The notes under the pieces are model-generated. The model had not been told where the DNA came from. It saw nothing but the letters and a program-made list of their open reading frames with translations, and made no database searches. Below, piece after piece: positions 43,388 through 54,841 of a stretch of DNA of 64,000 bases; positions within the stretch are counted from its first letter, which is position 1; each line of letters opens with the position of its first letter. A program made the position numbers and the translations under genes. The stretch comes from Andalucia godoyi And28 (Eukaryota; Protista; Jakobida): the NCBI GenBank assembly GCA_009859145.1, contig VRVR01000010.1, forward strand, positions 99,330 to 163,329, written 5' to 3'.

Positions 43388-44236
43388 ATGTCGGGATCTC
43401 GAGCAGAGCAATTGAAAGAACAAGGAAACGCTGCGTTTTCAAGAGGCGAGTTTCAAGAAGCGATTCAACGGTATTCCCAGGCAATTCAGCACTATGCAAA
43501 TGCAGTGTACTTTACAAATCGAGCGAATTGCTATTTGCGATTGGACCGCGTTGAGCTTGCGAAAGGCGACTGCTACCGCGCTATTGAAGTCAATCCACAT
43601 TGGGGGAAATCGTATTATTACCTCGGGAAAATCGCACTCGAGTACGAAAAAGACGTGAGCTCTGCTGTGCGGATGTTCTCCAAAGCGTTTGAAAGAGCTC
43701 GGTCTGATCCAAACTCGGCTCCATCGTACTTGTTAGATTTGCATAGAGCACTCTACTCGGCGAAGAAACTGGATTGGGAAACCCAAAATTCGTTGACCAT
43801 GGCTAAACGACTGGAACTGCTTCGGTTCTTCGAGCAGATGGCGGATCGCGATAGGGTACACTGTGCTGGTCGGCGGTGGCACGAAGACCGAGGCGGCAAT
43901 GATTGCGCCTCTGAGATGAACGCGGTGTCCGATCGGGAAAGATCCAGTTATTTGGAAGAGCTTGCGGATCTGGTGTTGGCGACTGCAGAGCCAAAGGCGC
44001 CGTTTAGTGTCGAGCCTTTGCAATGCGGAATCCTGCTCGATTTCATGGTCGACCCAGTGGTCACTCCAAGTGGACAGAGCTATGAACGGATTGCAATCGT
44101 CGATCATTTGAAGAATAATCCTTGGGATCCCATTACTCGACAACCGCTCACTGAAAAAGATCTTGTTCCAAACACGGCGTTGAAGGAGCTGACCCACTTG
44201 TACCTTGAATCGTTCCCGTACACGTTTGATCAGTAG
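43388..44236 (+). CDS. STUB1: CHIP-type TPR + U-box E3 ubiquitin ligase
   Basis: AEQLKEQGNAAF...YFTNRANCY TPRs; U-box CGILLDFMVDPVVTPSGQSYER...DPITRQPL...LVPNTALKE. Confidence 0.92.
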   Translation: MSGSRAEQLKEQGNAAFSRGEFQEAIQRYSQAIQHYANAVYFTNRANCYLRLDRVELAKGDCYRAIEVNPHWGKSYYYLGKIALEYEKDVSSAVRMFSKAFERARSDPNSAPSYLLDLHRALYSAKKLDWETQNSLTMAKRLELLRFFEQMADRDRVHCAGRRWHEDRGGNDCASEMNAVSDRERSSYLEELADLVLATAEPKAPFSVEPLQCGILLDFMVDPVVTPSGQSYERIAIVDHLKNNPWDPITRQPLTEKDLVPNTALKELTHLYLESFPYTFDQ

Positions 44237-44466
44237 CCGCCTCTGTCCAGTACTATGGTCTGGCAAGTGTTGGCGTTAGTGGCAGTGTTGCTCAGACGTC
44301 CTTCAGAACGCGTGTCTTTGGAGGAGATGATCATGACTGAAATCCTCATCCTCTCTCAACTGCACATCCAACAGAGCGGACGGTTGTTCGTCTACAACAT
44401 TGATGTGCATTTGGTTGTTTTTTTTTTATATTATTATTTCTGTTGGTATCATGAGGAGAGAGAAGG

Positions 44467-45348
44467 TTACTCGACATGTTCGGACATACATCGCGGACAG
44501 TCATTTCGCTTTCCCTTGCCTTCGGACGCAGTGAGTTCATGTGGGTTTGGTGTTCCGTGCAGAAGGAAAGCTGCAATGACAGCAAGTGGAGCGGCTGTTG
44601 CAGGCCCTGCAATGAAGATCCATTGTTTGGAGAAGTCGCCGTTGATCCACGCAGGACCAAGACTTCTTGCTGGATTGGCCGTACCAGCGCCCAGTGGATC
44701 ACCAACAACCCCCAAAGTTGCCACCGACAGACCGACTGCAATACCCGCATTATGGCCCACCAGCTGATTTCCGGTGGATGTGGACAAAATCACAAAATAC
44801 AAGAAGAATGACAGTACGACTTCATACGCAAATACATGCGTCGTGGGGGCAAACTTTGCATAGGTCGCTCCAACATCGGCTACTGTTCCGAATACCATGT
44901 GAATGTAGAGCGCAGCGCACACAGCACCCCCAAACTGTACAATCCAATAAAGCGGGACTCTCCATAACGGAAACACCCCACGTAGCAGGAACGTCAGGGT
45001 GACACCAGGATTCAGATGAGCACCACTGATGTGTCCAATGCTGTAGATCATGGCAAGAACCACGAGACCCGGGACGAACGAACGGGCAACTGGTGGAAGG
45101 ATTTCCGCAGAGACATGCTGCACTGGAATGGTACCAGCTGCAACAAACGTCAGCAAGAATGTTCCCACAAACTCGGCAAGCAGCAACCGAAGTTCTGTGA
45201 TGACGGTTACGGCTCGTCTTGGCAAGCCCAGATCCATCAGCTGAAACGGCGTGCGTCTGCGGCCGTCTGTGCCGGGGACATCTGCCAGTCGGTTTGCAGG
45301 ATTAGCGGGCTGAGGGCCGGATGCAAGGTCAATGTGAGGAGGCAGCAT
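44467..45348 (-). CDS. Aquaporin (MIP), NIP-like / bacterial AqpN-like; start at 45348 or 45237
   Basis: AEFVGTF, HISGAHLNPGVT, NPARSLGPA, WIFIAGP and six hydrophobic helices. Confidence 0.93.
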   Translation of the reverse strand: MLPPHIDLASGPQPANPANRLADVPGTDGRRRTPFQLMDLGLPRRAVTVITELRLLLAEFVGTFLLTFVAAGTIPVQHVSAEILPPVARSFVPGLVVLAMIYSIGHISGAHLNPGVTLTFLLRGVFPLWRVPLYWIVQFGGAVCAALYIHMVFGTVADVGATYAKFAPTTHVFAYEVVLSFFLYFVILSTSTGNQLVGHNAGIAVGLSVATLGVVGDPLGAGTANPARSLGPAWINGDFSKQWIFIAGPATAAPLAVIAAFLLHGTPNPHELTASEGKGKRNDCPRCMSEHVE

Positions 45349-45803
45349 ACTGTATTATTTTCATGTAACTATCGCATGCAAGACGGGGGGCGGGAAAACA
45401 GAAACGTTTCGATTCCAATTGATGCGGCAGCCCAAGATGAACTGCCAGAAAGGGGGGCCACAACGTCCAGAGACGCACGGTTCTAGTGCACAAAGCATCG
45501 ACGCAGCTGGATGTTCCACCAGCGGTTCCATCAAGTAGCATGCGTTGGTTCAACTTGCCCAACCAACCCCGGCCGCAGCAATCGCCAAAGATGTCTCTTC
45601 TATTCCTTATTTGTTCCTGTTCTTCTGCGGTCGTGCAGGAGGTAAGGCAACAGCCGCAGAATGAATGAATGGGCAAACAAACAGCCAAAGTACAAAACAC
45701 TCAACGCACACGATGATGTTCCTTCTCTCACTCACTTCTGCACAAACACACGCACACACACACACACACGCACATTCTCTCTTTACATTAATTAACGGAT
45801 AAT

Positions 45804-46717
45804 TTAATCTAACATGAAGATGCGACTCGCAATATCACCTACGATCCAGTCGATTCCTTCAAGCAGACCGTCGCCTGAATGAGCAGAGCATGCGACGATG
45901 CTCCAATGTCGAGTCTTGATTGCATCGAGTTCCAAAGCTTCAGCGATTTCTTTTGCGGTCATTGCGCCCTGCAAGTCTTGCTTGTTTGCAAACACCAACA
46001 ACGTCGCGCCAGATAGCCTTTCCTCACCCAACACAGTCTGCAGTTCTGCAAAGCAGTCCAACAGCCGCCTTCGATCCGCCGAATCCACAACCCAGATCAG
46101 CCCATCTGTCTGTTCAAAATAGTTTCTCCAATAAGACCGAATAGTCTTTTGGCCTCCAACGTCCCACACATTCAACTTGTACCTGTTTACCCACTCGGAT
46201 TCCCATCCAAATCAAAAATGCAACCATTCACAAAGAAAAACACAGCTTAGAAATAACCATATTACCAGCGATCAAAAGAACAATGACAGCAGCAAGCAAC
46301 AGAAGACGACGACGCAGCGTACATATGCAGTAAACAAGAAGGGATAGATAGAGTGATAGGCATACCCTTTGTGTTCGAGCGTCTTGATGTTGAATCCAAG
46401 AGTAGGTGATATAGTATGAATATCTTCTCCATTGAACCTTTTCAGGATTGTCGTTTTCCCTGCGTTATCAAGTCCACTAATCAATCCAACCAAAACATTT
46501 AAATATAATTATAAACATAATAATAATAATATAATAATAATAATAATGGAATTAGAAAGCCCTTGGTACTCGTAATCAAAGCATCTATACTGTTTGCGCG
46601 TCTCTATAACATACACAAAAACAGAGCAACAACGAAGATTTAACGGACATACAGAATCAGAAGGCGCATTTCCTTTTCCTTTTGCTTTACCTTTTTCAAA
46701 ATCGTCAAGAGACCCAT
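45804..46717 (-). CDS. ARL2: ADP-ribosylation factor-like protein 2; exons 46717-46653, 46476-46366, 46182-45804
   Basis: The spliced product reads [31 protein letters not shown]...[22 protein letters not shown]...FANKQD. Confidence 0.97.
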
Positions 46718-47129
46718 TCTTCACTCTTTCTTCCTTTTCTTCTTTTATTTTTTTGGGGGGAAGGTTAAAGAATAATGTATGATAACAATAACGTATGATT
46801 ATGAATGTCTCGCTCGACACGGACACCAAATGCCTCTTGGATAACTCACTCGGACAGAATGATCATACGTAACAAAACAAAGACCCAGGATGATGTTGGA
46901 CATGCTTGATGCTTGATGCCTGGTTATTGTGGCGGGATGCTTTTCCGAAGAACAGCATTCTCGGTGTCCCTTTTGACCTTTGTTTGGCTGTTTCACGCAG
47001 GCATGTTCTTAGAAGAAAGGGAAAAAAACAAGGAAAGACAGAGTGGGAGAGAGAGAGTGGGAGAGAGAGAGTGGGAGAGAGAGAGAGAGAGGAGGAACAT
47101 AGGGATCATAGAAGGATCATAGAAGGAGG

Positions 47130-48317
47130 ATGAGCTCGACGCGGATTGCGCTTCGGCAGTTTATGCTTCCGATCATAGAGGCTGGTTCGGAGACTGTGGC
47201 GCGATTGCAGCATCGTTACAAGAATCGAGTGTTTGATGCCGTGCTTCCGCGGACAGCATGGTTTGGTACAGAAGACGCGTTTACGTTTGTTCTTCCTTGT
47301 GTGTTCCTTCTTGGCAACTGGAAACTTGGGTTTTGGCTTGTGCTCTGTCTTTCGACTGCGCTGTATGTATCGGGTGCTATGAAGGACTACTTGTATCTTC
47401 CGAGACCCAAATCACCTCCTGTTCACAGAATGGAAGTGTTGTATCATTTCGAACCTGGGTTCCCTTCCACACACACCATCACATCTTGCTCAATTGTGTT
47501 TTTCGTTCTGATGTTCACATACGATCCGTCGTCGACTGCATATTGGGTCGTCTCGCTCTGCTTGATGCTTGTTTTGTGCTCGGTTGCGTTCGGAAGACTG
47601 TATCTCGGGATGCACTGTCCGGCAGATGTGTATGCTGGCGCGCTGCTCGCGTTGGTGATCGCATCGGTGGCAATGGTCACAGCGCATTTCGGCGTTTTGG
47701 AATCGCTGCTTCGGTACAACCCATTCTGCGAAATTGCTGCACTCTCTGCGTATCCGGGCATTCCCGAGTGTCCTTGGCTGGCATCGTACTTCCCACCGTT
47801 TGTCTCGTCTGTGATTCTGTGCTTGTTCCTCTGGGTCTATCCGACTCCGCCGTGGCCGACACCGTCGTTCACTGATGCACTCGCATTCTTTGCAGTTGCG
47901 AATGCAGTCTTGATTGCTTCGTGGAGAACGAATACCCAAGGGCACGCGCTTTCGGCCGATTTGTCGCTCTGGTTCCTCCTCTTCATCGCTCCGCTGCGTA
48001 TTGCAATTATGGTTGCGCTCGCGATCCCTGCAAAGTCTGGCGTTCGCAAAGTGCTTGGCAGAGTGCTGGCCTGGATCCATTCGCACTTAGGATTCGAGTT
48101 TGACGACTTTAAACCGGCTGTTGCAATTGCTCAGTCGTCATTCCACTCCTCCGTATCGCAAGCAACTCTCAGTGATCTGGGTGGACACGTCGACAGCCAG
48201 AAACTCACGGTGCCTCCCATTGTCTCCCATACGGCAAAGTATGTGTCCTATGTAGCCATGGTAGTCGTGATGGTGGACATGTGTCCCGTCGTTTACAAGC
48301 TCATCGGTCTGGACTGA
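47130..48317 (+). CDS. SGPP: Sphingoid long-chain base phosphate phosphatase (PAP2 family, SGPP/Lcb3-like)
   Basis: PAP2 motifs KDYLYLPRP, GFPSTH and GRLYLGMHCPADV; multiple TM helices. Confidence 0.9.
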   Translation: MSSTRIALRQFMLPIIEAGSETVARLQHRYKNRVFDAVLPRTAWFGTEDAFTFVLPCVFLLGNWKLGFWLVLCLSTALYVSGAMKDYLYLPRPKSPPVHRMEVLYHFEPGFPSTHTITSCSIVFFVLMFTYDPSSTAYWVVSLCLMLVLCSVAFGRLYLGMHCPADVYAGALLALVIASVAMVTAHFGVLESLLRYNPFCEIAALSAYPGIPECPWLASYFPPFVSSVILCLFLWVYPTPPWPTPSFTDALAFFAVANAVLIASWRTNTQGHALSADLSLWFLLFIAPLRIAIMVALAIPAKSGVRKVLGRVLAWIHSHLGFEFDDFKPAVAIAQSSFHSSVSQATLSDLGGHVDSQKLTVPPIVSHTAKYVSYVAMVVVMVDMCPVVYKLIGLD

Positions 48318-48681
48318 GTTGATGAGCGGGCAAATCGGATGTCGGATATCCGATAATGGGCTGCTAATGATTAACAACTGATGTTCCCTCCCCCAACAAC
48401 AACAACAAAATACTGCAGCGGACTTCGAAGAGCTCTTGTTTTTAGTATCACCATTGTTAGCGGATGCATTCTGCACAAGATGCACGGCGCCGTCTTTGAG
48501 AGGATGTTGTACAGCAAACGAGTACAGTGATAGTATACAATTCATGATTGCACTTTGGGTAGAAGTACCGATATGCACACACGTGTGCACAGCTTCATCA
48601 TCAACCGAGAAAGGGGAAGAGAGGGGTATGTACACGTCGAGTTTTACGAAGATGAAGATGAGGATGGTGGATGGAAGACGA

Positions 48682-50625
48682 TCAAACTTTGAGTCGGTCT
48701 ACTGCTTGCTGTCCAAAATCCACACGCAGACGAAGAACGAGTTTGACATCCTTGCCATCCAAAATACTGCTTTTCCCAGAGTAGTAATCACGGAACTCAG
48801 ATAGTTTGTCGATGCTGAGAAGCGACGCAATCAACGATAAGCGCTGGAATCGATCACGAACAGACGACTTGCAGAGACTGGCAAAGAAGTTGCTGAGATT
48901 TCGGACGTCCTTGTCAAGTTGCAGTCCACCAAGTTGTGTGAATCCTGCTTTTCCAAACAAGAGTTTTTCCAAACGACGAACCAGAATATCTATGACGGAT
49001 AACAAGAAGAAATCGTAATTATCTTCTGAGAGTGTGTGGGAAATTCCAGAATCCTCAAGCAACTTGGTCAATCGACTGGTAAACTGCGATACGAATGGAT
49101 CTTCCGCTTCATACAGCGAGAACAACTGATCATCAAGCTGGAACTGCATCTTTTCAAACGGAACTAGGAGAATCAGGGCCTTGGTGTCGAAGAACTCTTT
49201 CGCCAGTGCACGAATGTGCTTGTGCAGGATAGAAGTGCACGAACGAGAAACATCGGCGTATGCTTCTCCAAGCTGATCCTTCGACGACCCAAGATCTTCC
49301 ACCAGCATCGTTGCGTACTTGGCGCACTGTTCCAGAGAATTCCACTGGCCACGCCTGACGATCTCGGGAACAATCACGTCCGATAACAAATGGGCAATCG
49401 ATGCAACAACTGTGGCGAGCACGTTGGAGTTCATCGATTCGATTGCTCTTCTCTGCGCAGTCTGGACTACAAAGAAGACATCGTCCACGTAATACTCGTT
49501 GTCAACCTCCGAAAGCATTCTCGATACCGTTACGTTGAGATATCGCTCTGACAGTTGCACAAAAGATGCCATGACAGAAACCATCGATTCGCGCAGCTGG
49601 GAAACGGCATGCTTTCGATCGAGCTTTTCTCGCAAAAATGCGTCAAACAGCTCGACTTGTCGAGAGAAGACAGAGATGGACTCCAGCCACAGGTCCATAT
49701 GCTTCGGGTCGTCTGTCGGAATGGAATCGAGAATCAACGACAGCTTTCGAAGTTCTGGTGCTGCGAGTGCATCCACCAACTTTTGCAAGTCTTCGATGAC
49801 GCGATGAACCAACGACGCATTGGCGAACGCAGCCGTGGCTCTTGGTTCTTCCGTCTCAATAATCGACGCAACCACATCCAGCAGATCCACCAAGTGCGAA
49901 TGTCGTTCTTCCGACGTTTCTGCATTCGCATCATCTTTTATCCACGCAGCTTCACTCTTGACACGGCGTTGCAATCTTTCCGAATACTGCCTCAGCACAT
50001 CTTCTCCTTTTCCAAACAAGCACGCGATGCGAACCGCTTCGAAAAATCTAGTTTCGGACTCCTCCGAGAACGTGCTTCTTGCAGCATCATTCTCTCCTCC
50101 TCCACCATCGCCGCCACTACCCGCTGCTCCTCCTTCATTCAGAAGATGCTGAACATTACTCAGTGCAATCGACGCACCTTCGTCCACCAAGAGCTGCAGA
50201 CGTCCTGCATTGGCATCATCTTGGACAGCCGGACCCATTTTCAAAAATCGTTGTGCATACGTTGCAGCGCTTGCCATTTCACGCATCGCCAGCGCATTTT
50301 GAAGTCCATCGACACACGACTTTAGGTCTGCAATGTCTGAAACACGCTGAAATGCCGCAGACGCTCCTCTTTGTGCCGCATCCAAAAGCCTCATTCTTGC
50401 ATTTACACGTTCTGTCATTGAGCTTGCAGAGTTTAAAAAGTCAGAGAGTTGCAGAGACCGATCAATGACGTCTTCAACATGGATGCGATACTGTGCAAGG
50501 CCCCACGAGGCTTGCAGCCGAACAGCATCTCGAGAGAGCAATCGCTGAATATCCTCTTCAGACGCTGCCAACTTCGCATCCAAGTCCGCCAGTATCAATC
50601 TCGAGGCTTCATCAAGAGACGTCAT
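48682..50625 (-). CDS. COG4: Conserved oligomeric Golgi complex subunit 4
   Basis: YYVDDVFFVVQTAQRRAI, YEAEDPFV, FTQLGGLQLDKDVR, VRDRFQRL and VLRLRVDF. Confidence 0.9.
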   Translation of the reverse strand: MTSLDEASRLILADLDAKLAASEEDIQRLLSRDAVRLQASWGLAQYRIHVEDVIDRSLQLSDFLNSASSMTERVNARMRLLDAAQRGASAAFQRVSDIADLKSCVDGLQNALAMREMASAATYAQRFLKMGPAVQDDANAGRLQLLVDEGASIALSNVQHLLNEGGAAGSGGDGGGGENDAARSTFSEESETRFFEAVRIACLFGKGEDVLRQYSERLQRRVKSEAAWIKDDANAETSEERHSHLVDLLDVVASIIETEEPRATAAFANASLVHRVIEDLQKLVDALAAPELRKLSLILDSIPTDDPKHMDLWLESISVFSRQVELFDAFLREKLDRKHAVSQLRESMVSVMASFVQLSERYLNVTVSRMLSEVDNEYYVDDVFFVVQTAQRRAIESMNSNVLATVVASIAHLLSDVIVPEIVRRGQWNSLEQCAKYATMLVEDLGSSKDQLGEAYADVSRSCTSILHKHIRALAKEFFDTKALILLVPFEKMQFQLDDQLFSLYEAEDPFVSQFTSRLTKLLEDSGISHTLSEDNYDFFLLSVIDILVRRLEKLLFGKAGFTQLGGLQLDKDVRNLSNFFASLCKSSVRDRFQRLSLIASLLSIDKLSEFRDYYSGKSSILDGKDVKLVLRLRVDFGQQAVDRLKV

Positions 50626-50911
50626 TTACACCACAACAAAAATGGCTTTCCAACTTCAAAAGAAAACTGGAGAAACGGACAAAGCAGCAAACAGAGAGGA
50701 AAACAACAATAAGCAAAAATGTGACGATTTCACCAAAATGAAAAAAAAAAAGGCGGCTGTAAAACTTTTTAAAAGGCTGAATTTTTTAATTAATTTTGTT
50801 ACGAAAGATGAAGCTTGGGGAGTTGGGACTGGAATGATCTTTTCGGTCTTTGAACACGTGGTGCGTGCCGTGGGACAGCGGCATCAACGTCACGATGAAC
50901 AACCAGCGGTG

Positions 50912-50951
<40 letters not shown>

Positions 50952-50970
50952 CTCTGGCTCTGGCTCTGGC
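50912..50970. repeat. (GGCTCT/GGTTCT)n hexamer repeat between EXOC5 and COG4
   Basis: Read directly from sequence; it produces the spurious EPEPEP and QSQSQS ORFs. Confidence 0.9.
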
Positions 50971-51101
50971 CGGGGTCGCAAGCGAGGAGCCTTACATCGA
51001 GCGTGCGTTGGAAGTGAGTTGGATTCACGAGGTCATTGACAGAAATGCAAGTCGTAACTCGTGGTGGAAGAGGCAGCTTTTCAAGAACAGCGCGGTGCGA
51101 A

Positions 51102-53483
51102 TCAGAGAGACTGGACAATGTCATGCGCCTTTCTGCCCGAGTTTCTAAAGTCCTCACGAAGTTTAATAAGCTCGATCAATTCCTCACGATTCATGTCCAC
51201 AAGAGAAGACGAGGTGATGGTATCGCGCAAGCTTTCCGGCTCGACAAGATAAATGTTTGCAAGATCGCGAAGTCGATCAAATAGTTCGTCCACAGTCGCA
51301 GAATTTAGAGCCGCCACGCACTGCTGGTACTCGGACGCATCGCGCATCCACTGCAACGCACCCACAGAATTGATTGTCAGCGACTTCAAATGCCGAATGA
51401 GCAACCGATACACCTCTTTTCCGAACTCGACGGAGCAGATTTCTCGATTTCGTCCATCCAAGCACATGTTGATCGTGGAAAAATACTTGTTTAGAACATT
51501 CACAACGGATCTACATGCCGCAGTGGGCCCGCTGGCGATGCCTTCTGACGCTTCTTCACGAGGACGAAAATCAGTTTTCTTTTGCAAGCTGTGCAAGCTC
51601 TGCTCGAGGATGAGGACCAAAAGACGGACAGTCTTTTCAAGACCCTGAACAATCCTGTTCTCCAGAGCGTTCAGCATGGACTGCTTCTTATTATTCACCT
51701 CCATGCGGAATGTAAGTGATGAATCCAGAACAGCAGCCAGCTCGTTTTCGTAGTGCCGTTCGAGCTTGAGGACAATGTGGTTCGCTACGGAAACAAGAAA
51801 CAAGAACGAAACACCGACATCCTCGCGGCTTCCAGTATTCGGCTGGTTGAACACGGCCAATCCAGCGTCCAATACGTTTTGCAGAAATGTCCCCAGTCGA
51901 TCAAGCAAGGTGTAAAACACTCTCATGCAGTATTCGGGAACCTTCGCCGGTGCCGAAAGACGCCTGCAGCGACTCAGCGATTCCTCATTGTAATAGATAA
52001 ACTTTGTCACCGTCTCCAAAGCGAGCGGGTTCACCACGGTTGACAAGTGGGTAGAGTCCTTTCGAACGAAAATGGATGCGAGCTTCTTCACCTTTTCCTG
52101 CAGCTTCATCTGCGCCTGCTGGAGCTTTTCGAGGAAAATGTTAGTCTTCTGAGACTGACCTTCGACTTGATGATTATGCTGTTGCAGTTGTTGCTGCTGA
52201 AGTTGCTGCTGTTCTGCAATCGACGGCATGATGCCTTCCGACTCCATAAAATCATTGAACAGCTGATCATAGTAGTCCGTCAACGCAACGAGCTCCTTGT
52301 CAATGTAGCCCTTCTTGTACGGCGCAAGAATCGACTCTGCAAGCTGCCGAGGATTGAAGTCCGCCAATTCGTATTTTGTAATTCGCTTCACCAGCTCATC
52401 CATCTCCGTCTGCACCTTTGCAAGTGTCTGTAAAAACACCATCAGGTCGTCACCATCGTCCATGCTCAGCATGTCATTGAGCCGGAACTGAATGGTCTGC
52501 TCAAAGATTCGCTCAATGAGCAGCTGTACACCCTTTTCATAGTCAATGAAGACGTATTTCATGATTCTGAACTCCCGATCAATAACTTCCTCGATATTCT
52601 CAAACAACTTCGACAAGTTCGGAAGCTCCTGGAACGAAAGGGTCCGCACTTTCTCCCTTTGCGAATCGTCCTTCATATAATACGCCGCATCGCGAAGAAA
52701 CAATTCATTCATGTTGACGTATCTTCGCATGCACTGATCCGCACGGCTCAATTCAAACAATATTGTCGCGCAATCTCTCATCTGCGCAAGTCCTTCCTGA
52801 GAGTTTTCCGGAAGCATCTTGACTCCCGCATCGAACTCCTCCAAAAGCTCTTTTTCCACTTCCTCGCAACACGCATCTATATTCTTGACTGCCGCTTCAT
52901 ACGCGGGATTTGACTGAGTAAGCCCTGAAGAGCACGCCATAAGCTCCTTCAAAATAGGAACCATGTCCTCAATCGGCATGTCCTCAATCGTGTCCACCGT
53001 CATAAAATGCTCAAAGTAATCAAGCAGATCACGAGCTTCCAGTGCTCGGCTCTTCTGCAGATCGAGATTTTCCAGTCGTTCCCCAATCTGCAACGCCGAT
53101 CCTCCAATGTTGGTAATCGTGTCATCCAATCCTTTAATTTGGCGAAACACATCGTCCATTTCAGTCCGCAGCACAGATACTTCTTCATTGTACGCGCTCT
53201 CCGATTCTTCGACGTCCTGCTCTGCAGCATCAATGTCCTTGTTGACTTCCTTCAGCATCTTCAGCAACGCCCGCCGCGATTCGCGAAACAGCGTATCAAA
53301 TTCAGAAGCATGCAGATCATGCGCATCCTTCTTTGCAATGCTCAGCAGTTTGTGCGTAAGAGAATCGATAAATAGCGTCTCGTCAAATTCCGTTTGAAAA
53401 CGATCCTTTTGGAATATCGTATACGGAATGTACGAATACTGCGGTGAGGCATCGCCCTGTGTCCCCCGGTTCTTATCAGTCAT
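51102..53483 (-). CDS. EXOC5: Exocyst complex component Sec10
   Basis: FKGLDDTIT-like segment...LQIGERLENLD...ALEARDLLDYF, TDFRP, CLDGRN, GALQWMRDASEY, LANIYLVEPESL and IKLREDF. Confidence 0.9.
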   Translation of the reverse strand: MTDKNRGTQGDASPQYSYIPYTIFQKDRFQTEFDETLFIDSLTHKLLSIAKKDAHDLHASEFDTLFRESRRALLKMLKEVNKDIDAAEQDVEESESAYNEEVSVLRTEMDDVFRQIKGLDDTITNIGGSALQIGERLENLDLQKSRALEARDLLDYFEHFMTVDTIEDMPIEDMVPILKELMACSSGLTQSNPAYEAAVKNIDACCEEVEKELLEEFDAGVKMLPENSQEGLAQMRDCATILFELSRADQCMRRYVNMNELFLRDAAYYMKDDSQREKVRTLSFQELPNLSKLFENIEEVIDREFRIMKYVFIDYEKGVQLLIERIFEQTIQFRLNDMLSMDDGDDLMVFLQTLAKVQTEMDELVKRITKYELADFNPRQLAESILAPYKKGYIDKELVALTDYYDQLFNDFMESEGIMPSIAEQQQLQQQQLQQHNHQVEGQSQKTNIFLEKLQQAQMKLQEKVKKLASIFVRKDSTHLSTVVNPLALETVTKFIYYNEESLSRCRRLSAPAKVPEYCMRVFYTLLDRLGTFLQNVLDAGLAVFNQPNTGSREDVGVSFLFLVSVANHIVLKLERHYENELAAVLDSSLTFRMEVNNKKQSMLNALENRIVQGLEKTVRLLVLILEQSLHSLQKKTDFRPREEASEGIASGPTAACRSVVNVLNKYFSTINMCLDGRNREICSVEFGKEVYRLLIRHLKSLTINSVGALQWMRDASEYQQCVAALNSATVDELFDRLRDLANIYLVEPESLRDTITSSSLVDMNREELIELIKLREDFRNSGRKAHDIVQSL

Positions 53484-53717
53484 TTGTCTTCCGCGGATTT
53501 TCGTTCGGACGGACGCGCAAACAGCAAACAAACAACAACAAAGAAGATGGAGCGCAAGGGGAAAGGAAAGGAACATGCGCTTGTCGTAAGGGAAAAGCGT
53601 AATGGATGAGGGCACTCTCACCTACGGGCGTTGATCCCGGGGCATTTTTGCATCGTGTCATTTTGGGGGATTGGGCTTTTGGGGGATTTTTGTCACAGTT
53701 GGAGTGAGTCGGCGACT

Positions 53718-53826
53718 TCACGAATCCTCAAATTCGTGACACTTGGACTCAAACGGATGTCACAGGAGGCCGGTTCCACTTGACACGTCCTACCCACGTC
53801 AAGTGTGTACCGTCAATATGACGTCA
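53718..53826. promoter_or_regulatory. Cluster of dyad-symmetric elements in the EXOC5/polyubiquitin divergent promoter
   Basis: TCACGAAT-n6-ATTCGTGA (53718-53739), CACTTGAC-n13-GTCAAGTG (53777-53805) and CRE-like TGACGTCA (53819-53826). Confidence 0.5.
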
Positions 53827-54004
53827 GGTTTGAATTAAGATCAAGTGAGCTTGCCAGGTTGCCGAATCCGTGACTTTCTCAAAAACTACCCGGCTCGTTC
53901 GTTCTCCTTTCCCTTTTTTCTTTTTCTTCCTCCTTCTTCATTCCTCTCAAGATATTTCGTTTTTTCCCTCCCTTCTCGAGATCCATCCCCGCAAAATCGT
54001 TTAA

Positions 54005-54475
<471 letters not shown>

Positions 54476-54841
54476 GCGGCTTGGTAAGCAGGTTTTTTCC
54501 CCTTACAATCTCAAAGAGGACGTCTTTCAGCGGACCTCTTCCAATATCGTTGTGAAGAATACACTGACGAGATTCATCGTGTAGCGATCTATATTGCCGA
54601 AAACTGTAAAACTCAACACCTGTTGCTGCAAAACAAGATTCTGTTTTCTTTTCTTTTTTTCCTTTGTGAAGCGAGTCCCGACTCCGGACTTGCCAAAGCC
54701 TCAACAAAATGCTTCGAGTACGGCCTTTCATTTCCAATATTTTCCTCTTGTTTCTTCACTTTCTTCATTCTTTCTATCCTTTTAATTTTTGGATTATAGA
54801 CTATCCAATTGATTGACCTTTTTTATTTCTTCATTTAAAAA

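Noticed and set aside
48318-48390. TGATGA...CTGA snoRNA-like spacing after SGPP
   Set aside because: It starts immediately after the stop codon in the 3' UTR; the internal sequence is a self-palindrome with no antisense rRNA match.
50786-51157. ORFs with EPEPEP or QSQSQS repeats
   Set aside because: Translation of a hexamer microsatellite in intergenic/UTR DNA.
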